64,000 nt of DNA from Candidatus Zhuqueibacterota bacterium (GTDB lineage: Bacteria; SM23-31), in the NCBI GenBank assembly GCA_042564455.1, contig JBHPLC010000001.1:23172-87171 (forward strand). Direction: 5' to 3'. The translations under genes and the position numbers were made by a program. Of the stretch, positions 20,867 to 31,739 are shown one piece after another. Positions within the stretch are counted from its first letter, which is position 1, and each line of letters starts with the position of its first letter. Under the pieces are notes generated by a model, which saw only the letters and a list, made by a program, of their open reading frames with translations, made no database searches and was not told the DNA's origin.

Positions 20867-21026
20867 ATATATCATAAATTCCACTGCTATTCCCACCATA
20901 AATGCTTTTTATATGTAGTATTTGGAATATATATAGAATAATTATCAAAAGTATTCTGATTTAAACGGTAAAATATTTCAATCTAAATCATTTTCAATCA
21001 TTGTCAGGTAATAATATACTAACTGC

Positions 21027-21069
21027 TTGACATTATAATTGTATTTTGCTATATATGTGTACGTTAACA
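21027..21069 (+). promoter_or_regulatory. Putative promoter of the LacI-family regulator with candidate LacI-type operator
   Basis: TTGACA 21027-21032, a 17-nt spacer and TATATA 21050-21055. This is followed by the imperfect palindrome TGTGTACGTTAACA (21056-21069), which has a central CG as in LacI-family operators. Confidence 0.4.
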
Positions 21070-21121
21070 GTTTCATTTTTCCATCTCCTTTCTTGTCACC
21101 GATTTTTTGTGAGATCCCTCA

Positions 21122-22156
21122 ATGGTAACAATAAAAAACATAGCCGAAAAGGCCGGTGTATCAATTGGTACAGTAGATCGGGTTTTACATAACAGGGGGA
21201 ATGTATCAAAGAGAAATGCAAAAAAAATTCAAGATGCGATTGAAGAACTAAAATACCGGCCGAATATTTTTGCCCGAAATTTAAAACTCTCAAGAGATTT
21301 TTCCTTCGGTGTATTAATGCCTGAAGTATCTCAGGACAGCAGCTACTGGCAGTTTCCTGAGAACGGTATTAAGAGAGCAGCCAATGAACTGAGTAAACAG
21401 CGCATTAATGTCTCGTTTTTCCATTACGACAGATATTCGCAATTATCGTTCTCTCAGGCATGTCATAAGATTCTGGAGTCAAATCTTGACGGTCTGCTTA
21501 TTGCTCCGGTTCTGTCACACATTGCCAAAGAGTTTTTAGAGAATATTCCAGAAAACCTTCCTTATGTGTTTTTTGATTCTGTAATACCCAAAACACCTTG
21601 TCTATCGTATATAATTCAGGATTCGTATTTAAGCGGAAGACTGTCAGCTAAGTTAATAAAGATGATAATCAAAGAACCGGGAACAATCGCTGCAATTCGT
21701 GTACTCCCGGAAGACTTCCATATTAATGAACGTATAAATGGATTCCAGTCCTTTATTTCTGAGAATAATTCATTGAATCTGGTTATTTATGATGCATTTC
21801 GTGAAGATGATGTTTCTGTCTTTCATGAACTTACCGAAAAGATAATTTCAGAAACAAAGGACCTGAAAGGCATATTTGTGTCCAATGCACTTACCTGGTG
21901 TGTTGCCAGATATTTTGAATCTGTTAAAATGAAAAACAGAATTCGAATAATCGGTTATGATCTCATTGAAGAAAACAGGAATTATCTTAAAAACGGATAT
22001 ATAGATTTTCTGATCAGTCAACAGCCGGAAATGCAGGGATATCAGGGTATCTATGCATTGTACAGGCATGTTGTGCTGAGTGAAAAAATCTCTGAAAAAA
22101 TTATGATGCCCCTGGATATCATAACAGAAGAAAACATAGATTATTACGCACATTAA
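21122..22156 (+). CDS. LacI-family transcriptional regulator
   Basis: N-terminal HTH 'VTIKNIAEKAGVSIGTVDRVLHNRGNVS' and a periplasmic-binding-protein-like C-terminal domain. Confidence 0.9.
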   Translation: MVTIKNIAEKAGVSIGTVDRVLHNRGNVSKRNAKKIQDAIEELKYRPNIFARNLKLSRDFSFGVLMPEVSQDSSYWQFPENGIKRAANELSKQRINVSFFHYDRYSQLSFSQACHKILESNLDGLLIAPVLSHIAKEFLENIPENLPYVFFDSVIPKTPCLSYIIQDSYLSGRLSAKLIKMIIKEPGTIAAIRVLPEDFHINERINGFQSFISENNSLNLVIYDAFREDDVSVFHELTEKIISETKDLKGIFVSNALTWCVARYFESVKMKNRIRIIGYDLIEENRNYLKNGYIDFLISQQPEMQGYQGIYALYRHVVLSEKISEKIMMPLDIITEENIDYYAH

Positions 22157-22175
22157 ACTTATCAGGAATATTACA

Positions 22176-23867
22176 ATGGGAGATCAACCATATGTTATCG
22201 GTGTCGATTTCGGGACCGATTCCGTCCGGTCAATTATTGTCGACACGTCGAATGGTCACGAAATAGCTTCATCGGTAAAGATGTTCACCCGGTGGAACAG
22301 AGGAGAATTTTGTGAACCGGAAAAGAACCAATTCAGACAGCATCCGCTTGATTACATTGAAGGCCTTGAAGATTCCATTAAAGAAGCACTCTCACAGTCA
22401 CCAAAGGGCATGAATGAAAAAATAGCCGGAATTTCGGTGGATACAACAGGTTCAACTCCATGTGCAGTTGACGAGAAAGGAATACCGCTCGCTTTGACCG
22501 GAGGATTTGAAGATAATCCAAATGCTATGTTTGTCTTATGGAAAGACCACACGGCTGTTGAAGAAGCTGAAAGAATTAACCATACTGCCAGATCATGGGG
22601 CGGGATCGATTATACTAAATATGTTGGAGGTGTTTATTCTTCCGAATGGTTCTGGGCAAAGATCCTGCATATTGTCAAAGAGGATGAAAAAGTAAGGGAA
22701 AAAGCATTTTCGTGGGTAGAACACTGTGACTGGATACCGGCACTCCTGACCGGGATAACCGATCCGCTGATCTTGAAGAGAAGCCGCTGTGCGGCAGGGC
22801 ACAAGGCAATGTGGCATGAATCATTCAATGGACTTCCATCCGAGGAGTTTCTGACTGCAGTAGATCCGCTGATTGGTGGACTTAGGGATAGACTCTATAA
22901 GGATACATGGACATGTGATGTCCAGGCAGGAAGGTTGTCTGATGAATGGATAAAACGACTGGGATTGCCGGAGAATGTTTCTGTCGGAATCGGCTCATAT
23001 GATGCTCATCTTGGTGCAGTAGGTGCTCAGATCGAACCGTATATCCTGTGTAAAGTAATAGGGACTTCCACTTGTGACATGCTGACAGCTCCCACTGCAG
23101 ATATAGGGGATAAATTAGTCAGGGGAATATGCGGACAGGTAGACGGTTCGATCATTCCCGGAATGCTGGGAATGGAAGCCGGACAGTCCGGTTTCGGGGA
23201 CGTCTATGCGTGGTTCAGGGATCTTCTGATGTATCCGGTCGAAAAAATCCTTTCAAAAAATCCATTTCTGGAATCATCTGTAAAACAGAAGATCGAGGAA
23301 GATTTTACAGAAAAGATAATTCCTGAGCTATCCCGGGAAGCAGAAAACATTCCCATTGGTGAATCAGGTATAGTAGCGCTGGACTGGATGAACGGAAGAA
23401 GGACACCTTATGCCAATCAGCGCTTAAAAGGAGCAGTAACCGGAATAAATCTGGGTACGGATGCACCAAAAATATTCAGATCGCTTGTCGAAGCGACTGC
23501 TTTCGGAGCTAAGAAGATAGTTGACAGATTTACAAAAGAAGGAATTGACATAAAAGGTATTATTGCACTGGGGGGTATACCGAAAAAATCCCCGTTTATT
23601 ATGCAGGTGCTTTGTGATGTTCTGAATATTCCGATCAGGATCGCAAAATCTGAGCAGACATGTGCTCTCGGAGCAGCAATGGCAGCTGCAGTATGCTCCG
23701 GAATATACTCGACCATTGAAGATGCACAAAAAACGATGGGGAACGGTTTCGAAAAGGAATATATACCGGACCCTGAAAAGGCTCATCAATATGGCATCCT
23801 CTACGAAAGCTATTCAAAACTTGCTGATTTTATTGAAAATGAATTCACGAGGACAGAGAATGAGTAA
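22176..23867 (+). CDS. araB: Ribulokinase (FGGY family)
   Basis: 563 aa with 'YVIGVDFGTDSVRS' and FGGY C-terminal motifs. Followed by araD with an 8-nt overlap. Confidence 0.88.
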   Translation: MGDQPYVIGVDFGTDSVRSIIVDTSNGHEIASSVKMFTRWNRGEFCEPEKNQFRQHPLDYIEGLEDSIKEALSQSPKGMNEKIAGISVDTTGSTPCAVDEKGIPLALTGGFEDNPNAMFVLWKDHTAVEEAERINHTARSWGGIDYTKYVGGVYSSEWFWAKILHIVKEDEKVREKAFSWVEHCDWIPALLTGITDPLILKRSRCAAGHKAMWHESFNGLPSEEFLTAVDPLIGGLRDRLYKDTWTCDVQAGRLSDEWIKRLGLPENVSVGIGSYDAHLGAVGAQIEPYILCKVIGTSTCDMLTAPTADIGDKLVRGICGQVDGSIIPGMLGMEAGQSGFGDVYAWFRDLLMYPVEKILSKNPFLESSVKQKIEEDFTEKIIPELSREAENIPIGESGIVALDWMNGRRTPYANQRLKGAVTGINLGTDAPKIFRSLVEATAFGAKKIVDRFTKEGIDIKGIIALGGIPKKSPFIMQVLCDVLNIPIRIAKSEQTCALGAAMAAAVCSGIYSTIEDAQKTMGNGFEKEYIPDPEKAHQYGILYESYSKLADFIENEFTRTENE

Positions 23868-24561
23868 ATACAAAGAATTGAAAGAAAAAGCCTGGAAATG
23901 TAATCTTGATCTTCATGAAAAAGGAGTTGTGATCTATACTTTCGGTAATGTTAGTGCATTCGATAAAAACGAGAAGGTGTTTGCGATAAAACCGAGCGGA
24001 ATTCCCTATGATAAGTTGAGACCTGAAGATATGGTTGTCGTGGATCTGAAGAATACAATAATAGACGGGGATCTGCGTCCCTCATCAGATACGAAGATCC
24101 ACAGCGTGCTGTACAGAAATTTTCCTGAAATAGGGGGGGTTACACACACTCATTCAACGTATGCGGTTGCCTGGGCGCAGGCGATGAAACCCGTTCCAGT
24201 GCTTGGGACAACACATGCTGACCATCTCAGCAGGGATATTCCCTGTACTCAGATGATGAGTGATGATGCAATAAGCGGAGACTATGAGGAAGAAACCGGT
24301 TTGTTAATTGTTGACACCTTCAGGGATATTGATCACAAAGAGACAGAAATGGTACTTGTTGCCGGACACGGTCCTTTTACATGGGGAGAAACACCCGAAG
24401 AGGCTGTTTATAACAGTGTTATGCTTGAAGAGCTGGCTAAGATGGCTGCACTTACTTACAATATAAATCCTGATACTCCCCGGTTAAAAGATACATTGAT
24501 CGATAAACATTACCGGCGCAAGCATGGTAAAGATGCATACTACGGCCAGGAAGGAAAGTAA
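23860..24561 (+). CDS. araD: L-ribulose-5-phosphate 4-epimerase (class II aldolase fold)
   Basis: Start taken at ATG 23860 (MSKYKELKEKAWKCNLDL...). 'IKPSGIPYD' and 'VTHTHSTYA' match AraD. The track ORF from 23662 has a spurious N-terminal extension overlapping araB. Confidence 0.88.
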   Translation: MSKYKELKEKAWKCNLDLHEKGVVIYTFGNVSAFDKNEKVFAIKPSGIPYDKLRPEDMVVVDLKNTIIDGDLRPSSDTKIHSVLYRNFPEIGGVTHTHSTYAVAWAQAMKPVPVLGTTHADHLSRDIPCTQMMSDDAISGDYEEETGLLIVDTFRDIDHKETEMVLVAGHGPFTWGETPEEAVYNSVMLEELAKMAALTYNINPDTPRLKDTLIDKHYRRKHGKDAYYGQEGK

Positions 24562-24611
24562 TCTTATTCAGGAAATACATTCTTTGAAAGTGATAAAACA
24601 GGAGAAACTTG

Positions 24612-26090
24612 ATGAATAACATAGCAGATATTATTACAGGCATTATTGCTGTGAGCCGTGATTGTTTTCCGATCGAACTGTCACGGGAAAGAAGGAAAAA
24701 AGTTACTGAAGCCTGTGTGAAAAAAGGTGTGCCGATTGTTGAAATTCAGACGATCATCGAGAACGAGAATGATATCGAAAAAGCATTAAAAGAAATATAT
24801 GAGAATAATATAAACTCTCTTGTGATATATCTGGGGAATTTTGGACCGGAAGGACCCACGACGATTCTTGCAGAGCAGTTTGACGGTCCTGTCATGATTG
24901 CTGCGGCTGCCGAAGAAACGGGAGAAAATCTTATTAACGGACGTGGTGATGCATACTGCGGGATGCTGAATACTTCATATAATGTTGGCCTAAGAAAACT
25001 TCTGCCTTTTATACCTGAATATCCTGTAGGAATTCCTGATGAAGTGGCGGCAATGATTGAAGATTTTATTCCTGCAGCCAGAATAGCAAGCAGTATCAGG
25101 GATCTCAAAATATTCTCATTCGGTCCCAGGCCGCAGGATTTTCTTGCATGTAACGCTCCGATAAAACCTTTATATGATATTGGTGTGGAGATCATGGAAA
25201 ACAGCGAGCTGGATTTGCTTGACATATATCAATCTGCTGAAGGAAGTTCGCAGATAGAGTCGGTTGCGAAGGAAATGGCTCAGGAGTTAGGGACCGGTAA
25301 TACTTATCCGGATATCCTGAAAAAGCTCGCTCAGTACGAAATTGCATTGACAACCTTTATGGAAGATAATCTTGGTTTGTCAAAGTTCGGGATATTTGCG
25401 AACAAATGCTGGCCGTCTTTTGAAAAGTTTTTTTCCTTTGTTCCGTGTTTTGTAAATTCCCGTCTGGCATCCCGTGGTATTCCGGTTGCCTGTGAAGTTG
25501 ATATTTATGGAGCGCTCAGCGAGTATATGGCTTCTTGTGCGACCCTGCTGCCGGCAACACTTCTGGATATCAACAATTCCGTACCCGGTGATATGGTGGA
25601 AGAAAAACAATCTCTGCTCAGTGATTATAAATCTACGGATCTGTTTATGGGATTCCACTGCGGGAATACAGCCTCGAGCTGCATGCTTTCATGCTCTATG
25701 AAACATCAGCTTATCATGCACCGGCTTATGGAACCGGATAGAGATCCGGATATAACCAGGGGGACTCTTGAAGGAAGAATTAAACCGGGTGATATCTCAA
25801 TTTTCCGGCTCCAGTCTACGAGTGAAACAGACTTAAAGGCTTATGTCGCTGAGGGTGAAGTTCTGGATATTGATCCAAAATCATTCGGGTGCATAGGTGT
25901 ATTCGCTGTCCGTGAAATGGGCAGGTTCTACAGGCATATCCTGATAGAAGAACGGTTCCCTCATCATACAGCTGTTGCTTTTAAACATGCGGGGAAAGTT
26001 CTTTTTAATGCTGTAAAGTTATTGGGTATTGAAGACATATCATTCAATTATCCTTCAAACAAAATGTATAAAACAGAAAATCCGTTTTAA
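24612..26090 (+). CDS. L-fucose/L-arabinose isomerase-family sugar isomerase (likely the arabinose isomerase of this cluster)
   Basis: ~490 aa that resembles the FucI-like isomerase family (COG2407-type) rather than canonical AraA (no MxxxxxxEVWFVxGSQxLYG start). Sits between araD and a sugar symporter. AGGAG lies upstream of ATG 24612. Confidence 0.65.
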   Translation: MNNIADIITGIIAVSRDCFPIELSRERRKKVTEACVKKGVPIVEIQTIIENENDIEKALKEIYENNINSLVIYLGNFGPEGPTTILAEQFDGPVMIAAAAEETGENLINGRGDAYCGMLNTSYNVGLRKLLPFIPEYPVGIPDEVAAMIEDFIPAARIASSIRDLKIFSFGPRPQDFLACNAPIKPLYDIGVEIMENSELDLLDIYQSAEGSSQIESVAKEMAQELGTGNTYPDILKKLAQYEIALTTFMEDNLGLSKFGIFANKCWPSFEKFFSFVPCFVNSRLASRGIPVACEVDIYGALSEYMASCATLLPATLLDINNSVPGDMVEEKQSLLSDYKSTDLFMGFHCGNTASSCMLSCSMKHQLIMHRLMEPDRDPDITRGTLEGRIKPGDISIFRLQSTSETDLKAYVAEGEVLDIDPKSFGCIGVFAVREMGRFYRHILIEERFPHHTAVAFKHAGKVLFNAVKLLGIEDISFNYPSNKMYKTENPF

Positions 26091-26124
26091 GGCAAATAAA
26101 ACTTTTTGAGTGGAGAAAACTATA

Positions 26125-27771
26125 ATGACTGAATCAGCGCTTTCTGTATTCGGGATATTGGACTGGCTGACATTGGGATTATTCCTGCTCGGATTAGTCG
26201 GAATAGTCTGGTGGGTACTGCGTCAAAAAGAAGATACTACCACAGATTACTTTCTTGCCGGAAGAGATGTCGGCTGGATAGCTATAGGTGCTTCGATTTT
26301 CGCATCGAATATAGGTTCGGAACATCTTGTCGGTCTTGCCGGTGCAGGAGCGGAAAGTGGATTAGCAATGTCACATTGGGAAATTCAGGCTTGGTTGATT
26401 CTTGTTCTGGGTTGGGTTTTTGTCCCGTTTTATTCCAGAAGCAAAGTATTTACCATGCCTGAATTTTTGGAGAAACGATTTTGTTCTTCAGCCAGAACCT
26501 TTTTATCGGTAATATCTCTGATCAGCTATGTCCTTACTAAAGTAGCGGTAACGGTCTTTGCCGGAGGACTTGTCTTCAAAACGGTTTTTGGCGTCGATCA
26601 GATAATGGGGATTGATGTTTTTTGGATCGGCGTTGTCGTATTAGTCACCTTGACCGGACTATTTACGATCTTCGGGGGAATGAAATCAGTACTGTATACA
26701 TCGGTGCTGCAGACACCTGTACTTGTTATCGGTTCGCTCATGATACTGATAGTTGGTTTGGTCAAGATAGGTGGGTGGAGCGAATTTATGGCAATTACCG
26801 GAGATAAAATGCATATTATCCGCCCAGCTGATGACCCTGAATTTCCATGGACCGGTGTACTTCTTGGTTCAGCAATAATTGGATTCTGGTATTGGTGTAC
26901 AGACCAGTATATTGTGCAGAGAACGCTGTCGGCGCGAAACCAGACTCAAGCACGCAGAGGCGCTATATTTGCCGGATACTTGAAACTGCTGCCTGTTTTT
27001 ATATTTATGATCCCCGGAATGATCGCCTTTGCTCTAAAAGAGAAAGGGCTGCTTGCTCTTGAAAGTTCTGATGCGGCGTTTCCCGCCCTGGTTACAGCTC
27101 TCCTGCCTATAGGTTTCAAAGGAATTGTTGTTGGCGGCCTTATAGCGGCTTTAATGAGTTCTCTTGCGTCATTGTTTAACTCTACTGCAACACTGTTCAC
27201 TGTCGATTTTTATAAACGTTATAAACCGGATTCAACAGAGAAACACCTTGTATTTGTGGGACGCGTAGCGACCGCGGTTGTGGTTCTGCTGGGAATCTTA
27301 TGGATACCGTTAATTAAGCTTGTTGCCGATGTACTCTATGAATATCTGCAGAATGTTCAGTCGTTAATAGCTCCGTCTATTGCCGCAGTTTTTGTAATGG
27401 GCGTTTTTTCAAAGCGCGTAACTCCCGCAGGAGGCCTTTGGGGAATGGTGGTGGGATTCATATTCGGAATGCTGCGGTTGGTACTGATGATTTTTCAGGA
27501 ATACCTGAATCCGGATGGATTACTTTATTACATAGTTGATATCAATTGGCTTCATTACTGTATCTACCTGTTCTTTCTATCTATCGCGGTCATTGTTGGT
27601 GTAAGCATATTCACAAAGAAAGCGGATGATGACCAAATCAGGGGATTAACTTATGGTTCCGCCACTCCCGAACAAATTGCCGAGACCCGCTCGAGCTGGG
27701 ACAAGTGGGATGTGATACATTCAGGCATAATAATCGGTATTGTTGTCGCATTTTATATATATTTCTGGTAA
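26125..27771 (+). CDS. Sodium:solute symporter (SSS/SGLT family)
   Basis: ~550 aa with ~14 hydrophobic segments. 'DYFLAGR', 'GSEHLVG' and 'WYWCTDQYIVQR' are typical of the SSS family. Start could be GTG 26110 or ATG 26125. Confidence 0.85.
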   Translation: MTESALSVFGILDWLTLGLFLLGLVGIVWWVLRQKEDTTTDYFLAGRDVGWIAIGASIFASNIGSEHLVGLAGAGAESGLAMSHWEIQAWLILVLGWVFVPFYSRSKVFTMPEFLEKRFCSSARTFLSVISLISYVLTKVAVTVFAGGLVFKTVFGVDQIMGIDVFWIGVVVLVTLTGLFTIFGGMKSVLYTSVLQTPVLVIGSLMILIVGLVKIGGWSEFMAITGDKMHIIRPADDPEFPWTGVLLGSAIIGFWYWCTDQYIVQRTLSARNQTQARRGAIFAGYLKLLPVFIFMIPGMIAFALKEKGLLALESSDAAFPALVTALLPIGFKGIVVGGLIAALMSSLASLFNSTATLFTVDFYKRYKPDSTEKHLVFVGRVATAVVVLLGILWIPLIKLVADVLYEYLQNVQSLIAPSIAAVFVMGVFSKRVTPAGGLWGMVVGFIFGMLRLVLMIFQEYLNPDGLLYYIVDINWLHYCIYLFFLSIAVIVGVSIFTKKADDDQIRGLTYGSATPEQIAETRSSWDKWDVIHSGIIIGIVVAFYIYFW

Positions 27772-27787
27772 TGAATATTAAAATACT

Positions 27788-28366
27788 ATGATTCCACTAT
27801 ATCCGGTAACAAAAGGACTGATTTTTGACTGTGACGGAACACTTGTCGATTCCATGCCGATCCATATGGAGGCCTGGAAAAAGGCATTTGCTGAATTTGG
27901 TGAAAACTGTTCAGATGAATTCCTGAATCCTTTAAAAGGGATGCATGAAGAGGAAATCGTAGATTTGTACAATAAACGATATCAGAAAAACATAAACAGC
28001 AGGAAGCTTGTTGATCAGAAACATTTATACTTTAGGGAGAAAGTTGATACTGTACAACCGATAAAACCGGTTGTTGCATTAGCAGAAAGCTGCCGCAATA
28101 AAATACCGATGGCAGTTGTTTCCGGCGGAAGAGAAAAAAATGTTATCCGTTCACTGGAAATTATTGGAATAAATGACCTGTTTCAGGTAATTCTAACCGC
28201 TGATGATCCGATAAAACCCAAACCGGCTCCTGATATTTTTCTGGAGGCTGCCCGGCGAATTGGAGTTGAACCAAGACTCTGTCAGGTATTTGAGGACGGT
28301 GATATCGGGCTTGAGGCTGCTCGTACAGCAGGAATGGAAGTGACGGATATCAGACAATATATATAA
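27788..28366 (+). CDS. HAD-superfamily hydrolase (beta-phosphoglucomutase-like subfamily IA)
   Basis: 'LIFDCDGTLVDS', 'VVSGG' and 'VFEDGDIGLEAA'. Confidence 0.75.
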   Translation: MIPLYPVTKGLIFDCDGTLVDSMPIHMEAWKKAFAEFGENCSDEFLNPLKGMHEEEIVDLYNKRYQKNINSRKLVDQKHLYFREKVDTVQPIKPVVALAESCRNKIPMAVVSGGREKNVIRSLEIIGINDLFQVILTADDPIKPKPAPDIFLEAARRIGVEPRLCQVFEDGDIGLEAARTAGMEVTDIRQYI

Positions 28367-28397
28367 AAATTATAGAATATTTTGAAGGGGAAAAACA

Positions 28398-30812
28398 ATG
28401 AATAAAATGAGAAAAGTTGTGGTTTTCGGGATCCTGCTGCTCCTGTTTTTCGGGTGTGCAGGCCCCAAAAGCAAAGATTATCCGATACAGCCAATATCAT
28501 TCACGCAAGTACATTTGAATGATGTTTTCTGGGCACCGCGCCTTGAAACAAACCGCACAGTAACTATTCCATTCGTATTTGAAAAATGTGAAGAGGTTGG
28601 GCGAATTGATAATTTTGCGGTTGCGGGAGGATTAAAAGAGGGAGAACAGAGAGGGAGTTATCCATTTGATGATACTGATGTCTACAAGAATATTGAAGCT
28701 GCATCTTATTCCATGATGGTGCATCCTGATCCTGAACTGGATAAATATCTCGATGATTTGATAAGTATTATCGCAGCTGCACAGGAAGATGACGGATATC
28801 TTTATACAGCGAGGACAAATAATACGGAGCGTTTGCGCCGCAGATGGTTCAGAGATGAACGTTATGAAAATCTTACTGAGAGTCATGAATTATATAATCC
28901 GGGGCATCTTTATGAAGCTGCCGTTGCTCATTTTCAGGCCACCGGAAAACGCAATCTGCTGGATATAGCTATAAAAAATGCAGATCTGATCGACAGCGAA
29001 TTTGGACCGGGTAAGCTGCAGAAACCTCCGGGACATCAGGTGATCGAAATGGGCCTTGTAAAATTGTTCAGAGCAACAGGTGATGAAAGATACCTGGATC
29101 TTGCAAAATATTTCCTTGATGTTCGTGGAAAACCGCTTGATGACCGAAGACTTCGGGGAACTTATAATCAGGACCATATGCCTGTCGTTGATCAGGATAA
29201 AGGCGTTGGACATGCGGTTCGTGCTGCATACATGTATGCCGGGATGGCGGATGTTGCCGCACTGACCGGGGATGAATCATATATAAGAGCAATTGATAAA
29301 ATATGGAATAATGTTGTTGGTACAAGATTATATATAACCGGTGGTATCGGTTCTTCCGGTTCCGGTGAGGGTTTCTCCCGGGATTATGATCTTCCGAATA
29401 TGAGTGCATACAATGAAACCTGTGCATCCATCGGAAATGTGTATTGGAATCACAGGATGTTCCTGCTGCATGGTGATGCGAAATATATCGATGTTATGGA
29501 ACGTACACTCTATAATGCATTGATCGATGGCATTTCACTTGATGGTGGTCTCTTTTTCTATCCCAATCCGCTCGAATCTGTTGGGCAGCACCAGAGAAGC
29601 CCATGGTTCAGTTGTGCCTGCTGTACCGGTAATGTAACACGTTTTATAGCGTCTGTTCCGGGTTATGTCTATGCCGTCAAAAACAGCGATCTTTATGTGA
29701 ATCTCTATGCTGGCGGTGAGGTAACAGCCAATATAAAAGACCGGCCGGTCAAGGTAATGCAGGAAACACGATATCCGTGGGATGGAGCTGTATCAATTAC
29801 GGTACAGCCTGAAAGTGGAAAGGAAAAATTCGCACTTATGCTCCGGATACCGGGTTGGGCACAAAATGAACCAATACCGAGTGACCTGTATCATTTTATG
29901 GATACTAATAATGAAAATGTAACTCTGAAAGTGAACAATGAGCCGGTAAAACTGGAAATAAAAGATGGTTATGCAAGGATTAATCGTTCATGGGAGACCG
30001 GAGACCTCGTAGAATTAAATCTTCCCATGCCGATCCGCCGTGTAGCAGCTATCGACAGTGTGGAAGCAGACAGAGGGAAAGTGGCACTGCAGAGGGGGCC
30101 GATAGTCTTCTGTGCTGAGTGGCCTGATAATAAAGACGGATATGTCAGAAACCTTCTGCTGACCGATGAAACTACTCTTCAGACAGAATTCAGATCTGAC
30201 CTTTTGAACGGAGTTCAGGTAATAACCGGAAAAATTTCAGGAGTGAAAGTTGCAGATGATCATAGGTCGCTGGAAACTTCCGAACAGGATTTTACTGCGA
30301 TTCCGTATCATGTCTGGGCGCATCGAGGCAGGGGTGAAATGTCAGTCTGGCTGGCGAGGGAAGAAACGGCTGCAAATCCTCTGATGAGCCCGACAATTGC
30401 TTCGACAAGCAGAGTCAGGGTATCCTTTGGCCCGAATCCAAATGCTCTGAACGATCAGCTTGAACCGAACAGTTCCGGTGACCATGAAGTACCTTTCTAT
30501 CACTGGTGGCCTCATAAAGGAACAACAGAATGGGTGCAGTTAAGTTTTGATGATACAAAGGAAGTATCGACCGTTGAGGTGTACTGGTTTGATGACACCG
30601 GAAGAGGTGAATGCCGTCTTCCGAAATCCTGGAGGATCCTGTACCGTGACGGCAGGGAATGGAAACCTGTTACTGCAAAAGGAGAATATGAGGTGGAAAT
30701 TGATACTTTTAATAAAGTTGAGTTTGAACCAATTGAGGTTCGGTCACTGCGCATCGAGATAGATTCACAGGAAAGATGGGCAGGCGGTATACATGAACTG
30801 CGTATCAGGTAA
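28398..30812 (+). CDS. GH127-type beta-L-arabinofuranosidase (DUF1680) lipoprotein with C-terminal discoidin/F5-8-like domain
   Basis: Lipobox 'FFGCA'. 'YNETCASIG' and 'SCACCTGNVTRF' correspond to the Glu-x-Cys and Cys-Cys zinc/nucleophile motifs of characterised GH127. The C-terminal part ('VQLSFDD...VEVYWFDD...LRIEI') looks like a carbohydrate-binding domain. Confidence 0.8.
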   Translation: MNKMRKVVVFGILLLLFFGCAGPKSKDYPIQPISFTQVHLNDVFWAPRLETNRTVTIPFVFEKCEEVGRIDNFAVAGGLKEGEQRGSYPFDDTDVYKNIEAASYSMMVHPDPELDKYLDDLISIIAAAQEDDGYLYTARTNNTERLRRRWFRDERYENLTESHELYNPGHLYEAAVAHFQATGKRNLLDIAIKNADLIDSEFGPGKLQKPPGHQVIEMGLVKLFRATGDERYLDLAKYFLDVRGKPLDDRRLRGTYNQDHMPVVDQDKGVGHAVRAAYMYAGMADVAALTGDESYIRAIDKIWNNVVGTRLYITGGIGSSGSGEGFSRDYDLPNMSAYNETCASIGNVYWNHRMFLLHGDAKYIDVMERTLYNALIDGISLDGGLFFYPNPLESVGQHQRSPWFSCACCTGNVTRFIASVPGYVYAVKNSDLYVNLYAGGEVTANIKDRPVKVMQETRYPWDGAVSITVQPESGKEKFALMLRIPGWAQNEPIPSDLYHFMDTNNENVTLKVNNEPVKLEIKDGYARINRSWETGDLVELNLPMPIRRVAAIDSVEADRGKVALQRGPIVFCAEWPDNKDGYVRNLLLTDETTLQTEFRSDLLNGVQVITGKISGVKVADDHRSLETSEQDFTAIPYHVWAHRGRGEMSVWLAREETAANPLMSPTIASTSRVRVSFGPNPNALNDQLEPNSSGDHEVPFYHWWPHKGTTEWVQLSFDDTKEVSTVEVYWFDDTGRGECRLPKSWRILYRDGREWKPVTAKGEYEVEIDTFNKVEFEPIEVRSLRIEIDSQERWAGGIHELRIR

Positions 30813-30854
30813 AGCTGCAGGAACAAATTATTTACCTTTAAACGGGAATAATAT

Positions 30855-31739
30855 ATGAAACGAATATTACTTTGTTCGCTAATTCTGATTTACGCTTACA
30901 CGGCTGCCGCACAGGGAGTCGTCCGGGATGACGCGATAATAAAGGATTATTACAGTGCTTCAATAACTGCACCGCCTGAATCCTTAGGATTCGATCCGTA
31001 CTATAAGAAATATACGGACGCTAACGGCATACCGATACTGAGCTCTGAAAAAGTGCCGGATACAGCGCTGCTTGTGGCACGCGATATAATTAATTATATG
31101 CTTTTGGAGCGTCCTGACCTGCGAGCCGCCCTGATCGGGCGGAACATGCGCATCGGTGTCATGGCGCTTTCTGAAACTACAACCGATATCCCCGAACACC
31201 GGAACATGAAGAAACCGGGACCGGACGACCGCCGCCTTACGGAAGGCGAGAAAAGTAATTATGCCCGGATCGCTGCAATGACAGATAAGGAATACTGGGA
31301 TCGGCGTGCAAGGGGAATGGGGGGGAATCCCACGACCTGTGCCGAAGAGAACCTGCTGGGTTACCCCGGGACACGGTACTATGGTGAAAATATTCTGGTG
31401 CATGAATTTGCTCACGCGATCATGGGGAACGGTATACGGCGTGTCGATCCCGATATGTATAATGAGATTAGAACGGCCTATGAAGAAGCCATGGTGAAAG
31501 GATTGTTTAAGGGGCACTATGGTGCGACTAATGCCAATGAATACTGGGCGGAAGGCACGCAGTTCTGGTTCTGGTCGAATTATGAATACAAGGAAGGGGA
31601 TACGATCGTTTATTCGCCGGATGACCTGAAACGATACGATCCAAAACTTTATGAACTGCTCAGCCGCGTATATCCCGCAGACCACCATAATCCGATGGAC
31701 GTTTACTATAATTTCAAAGGGCAGGGCAGGAAAAGATGA
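30855..31739 (+). CDS. Secreted putative zinc metallopeptidase (HExxH)
   Basis: Signal peptide, 'LVHEFAHAIMGNG' and a downstream 'NEYWAEG'. Family not recognised. Confidence 0.5.
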   Translation: MKRILLCSLILIYAYTAAAQGVVRDDAIIKDYYSASITAPPESLGFDPYYKKYTDANGIPILSSEKVPDTALLVARDIINYMLLERPDLRAALIGRNMRIGVMALSETTTDIPEHRNMKKPGPDDRRLTEGEKSNYARIAAMTDKEYWDRRARGMGGNPTTCAEENLLGYPGTRYYGENILVHEFAHAIMGNGIRRVDPDMYNEIRTAYEEAMVKGLFKGHYGATNANEYWAEGTQFWFWSNYEYKEGDTIVYSPDDLKRYDPKLYELLSRVYPADHHNPMDVYYNFKGQGRKR

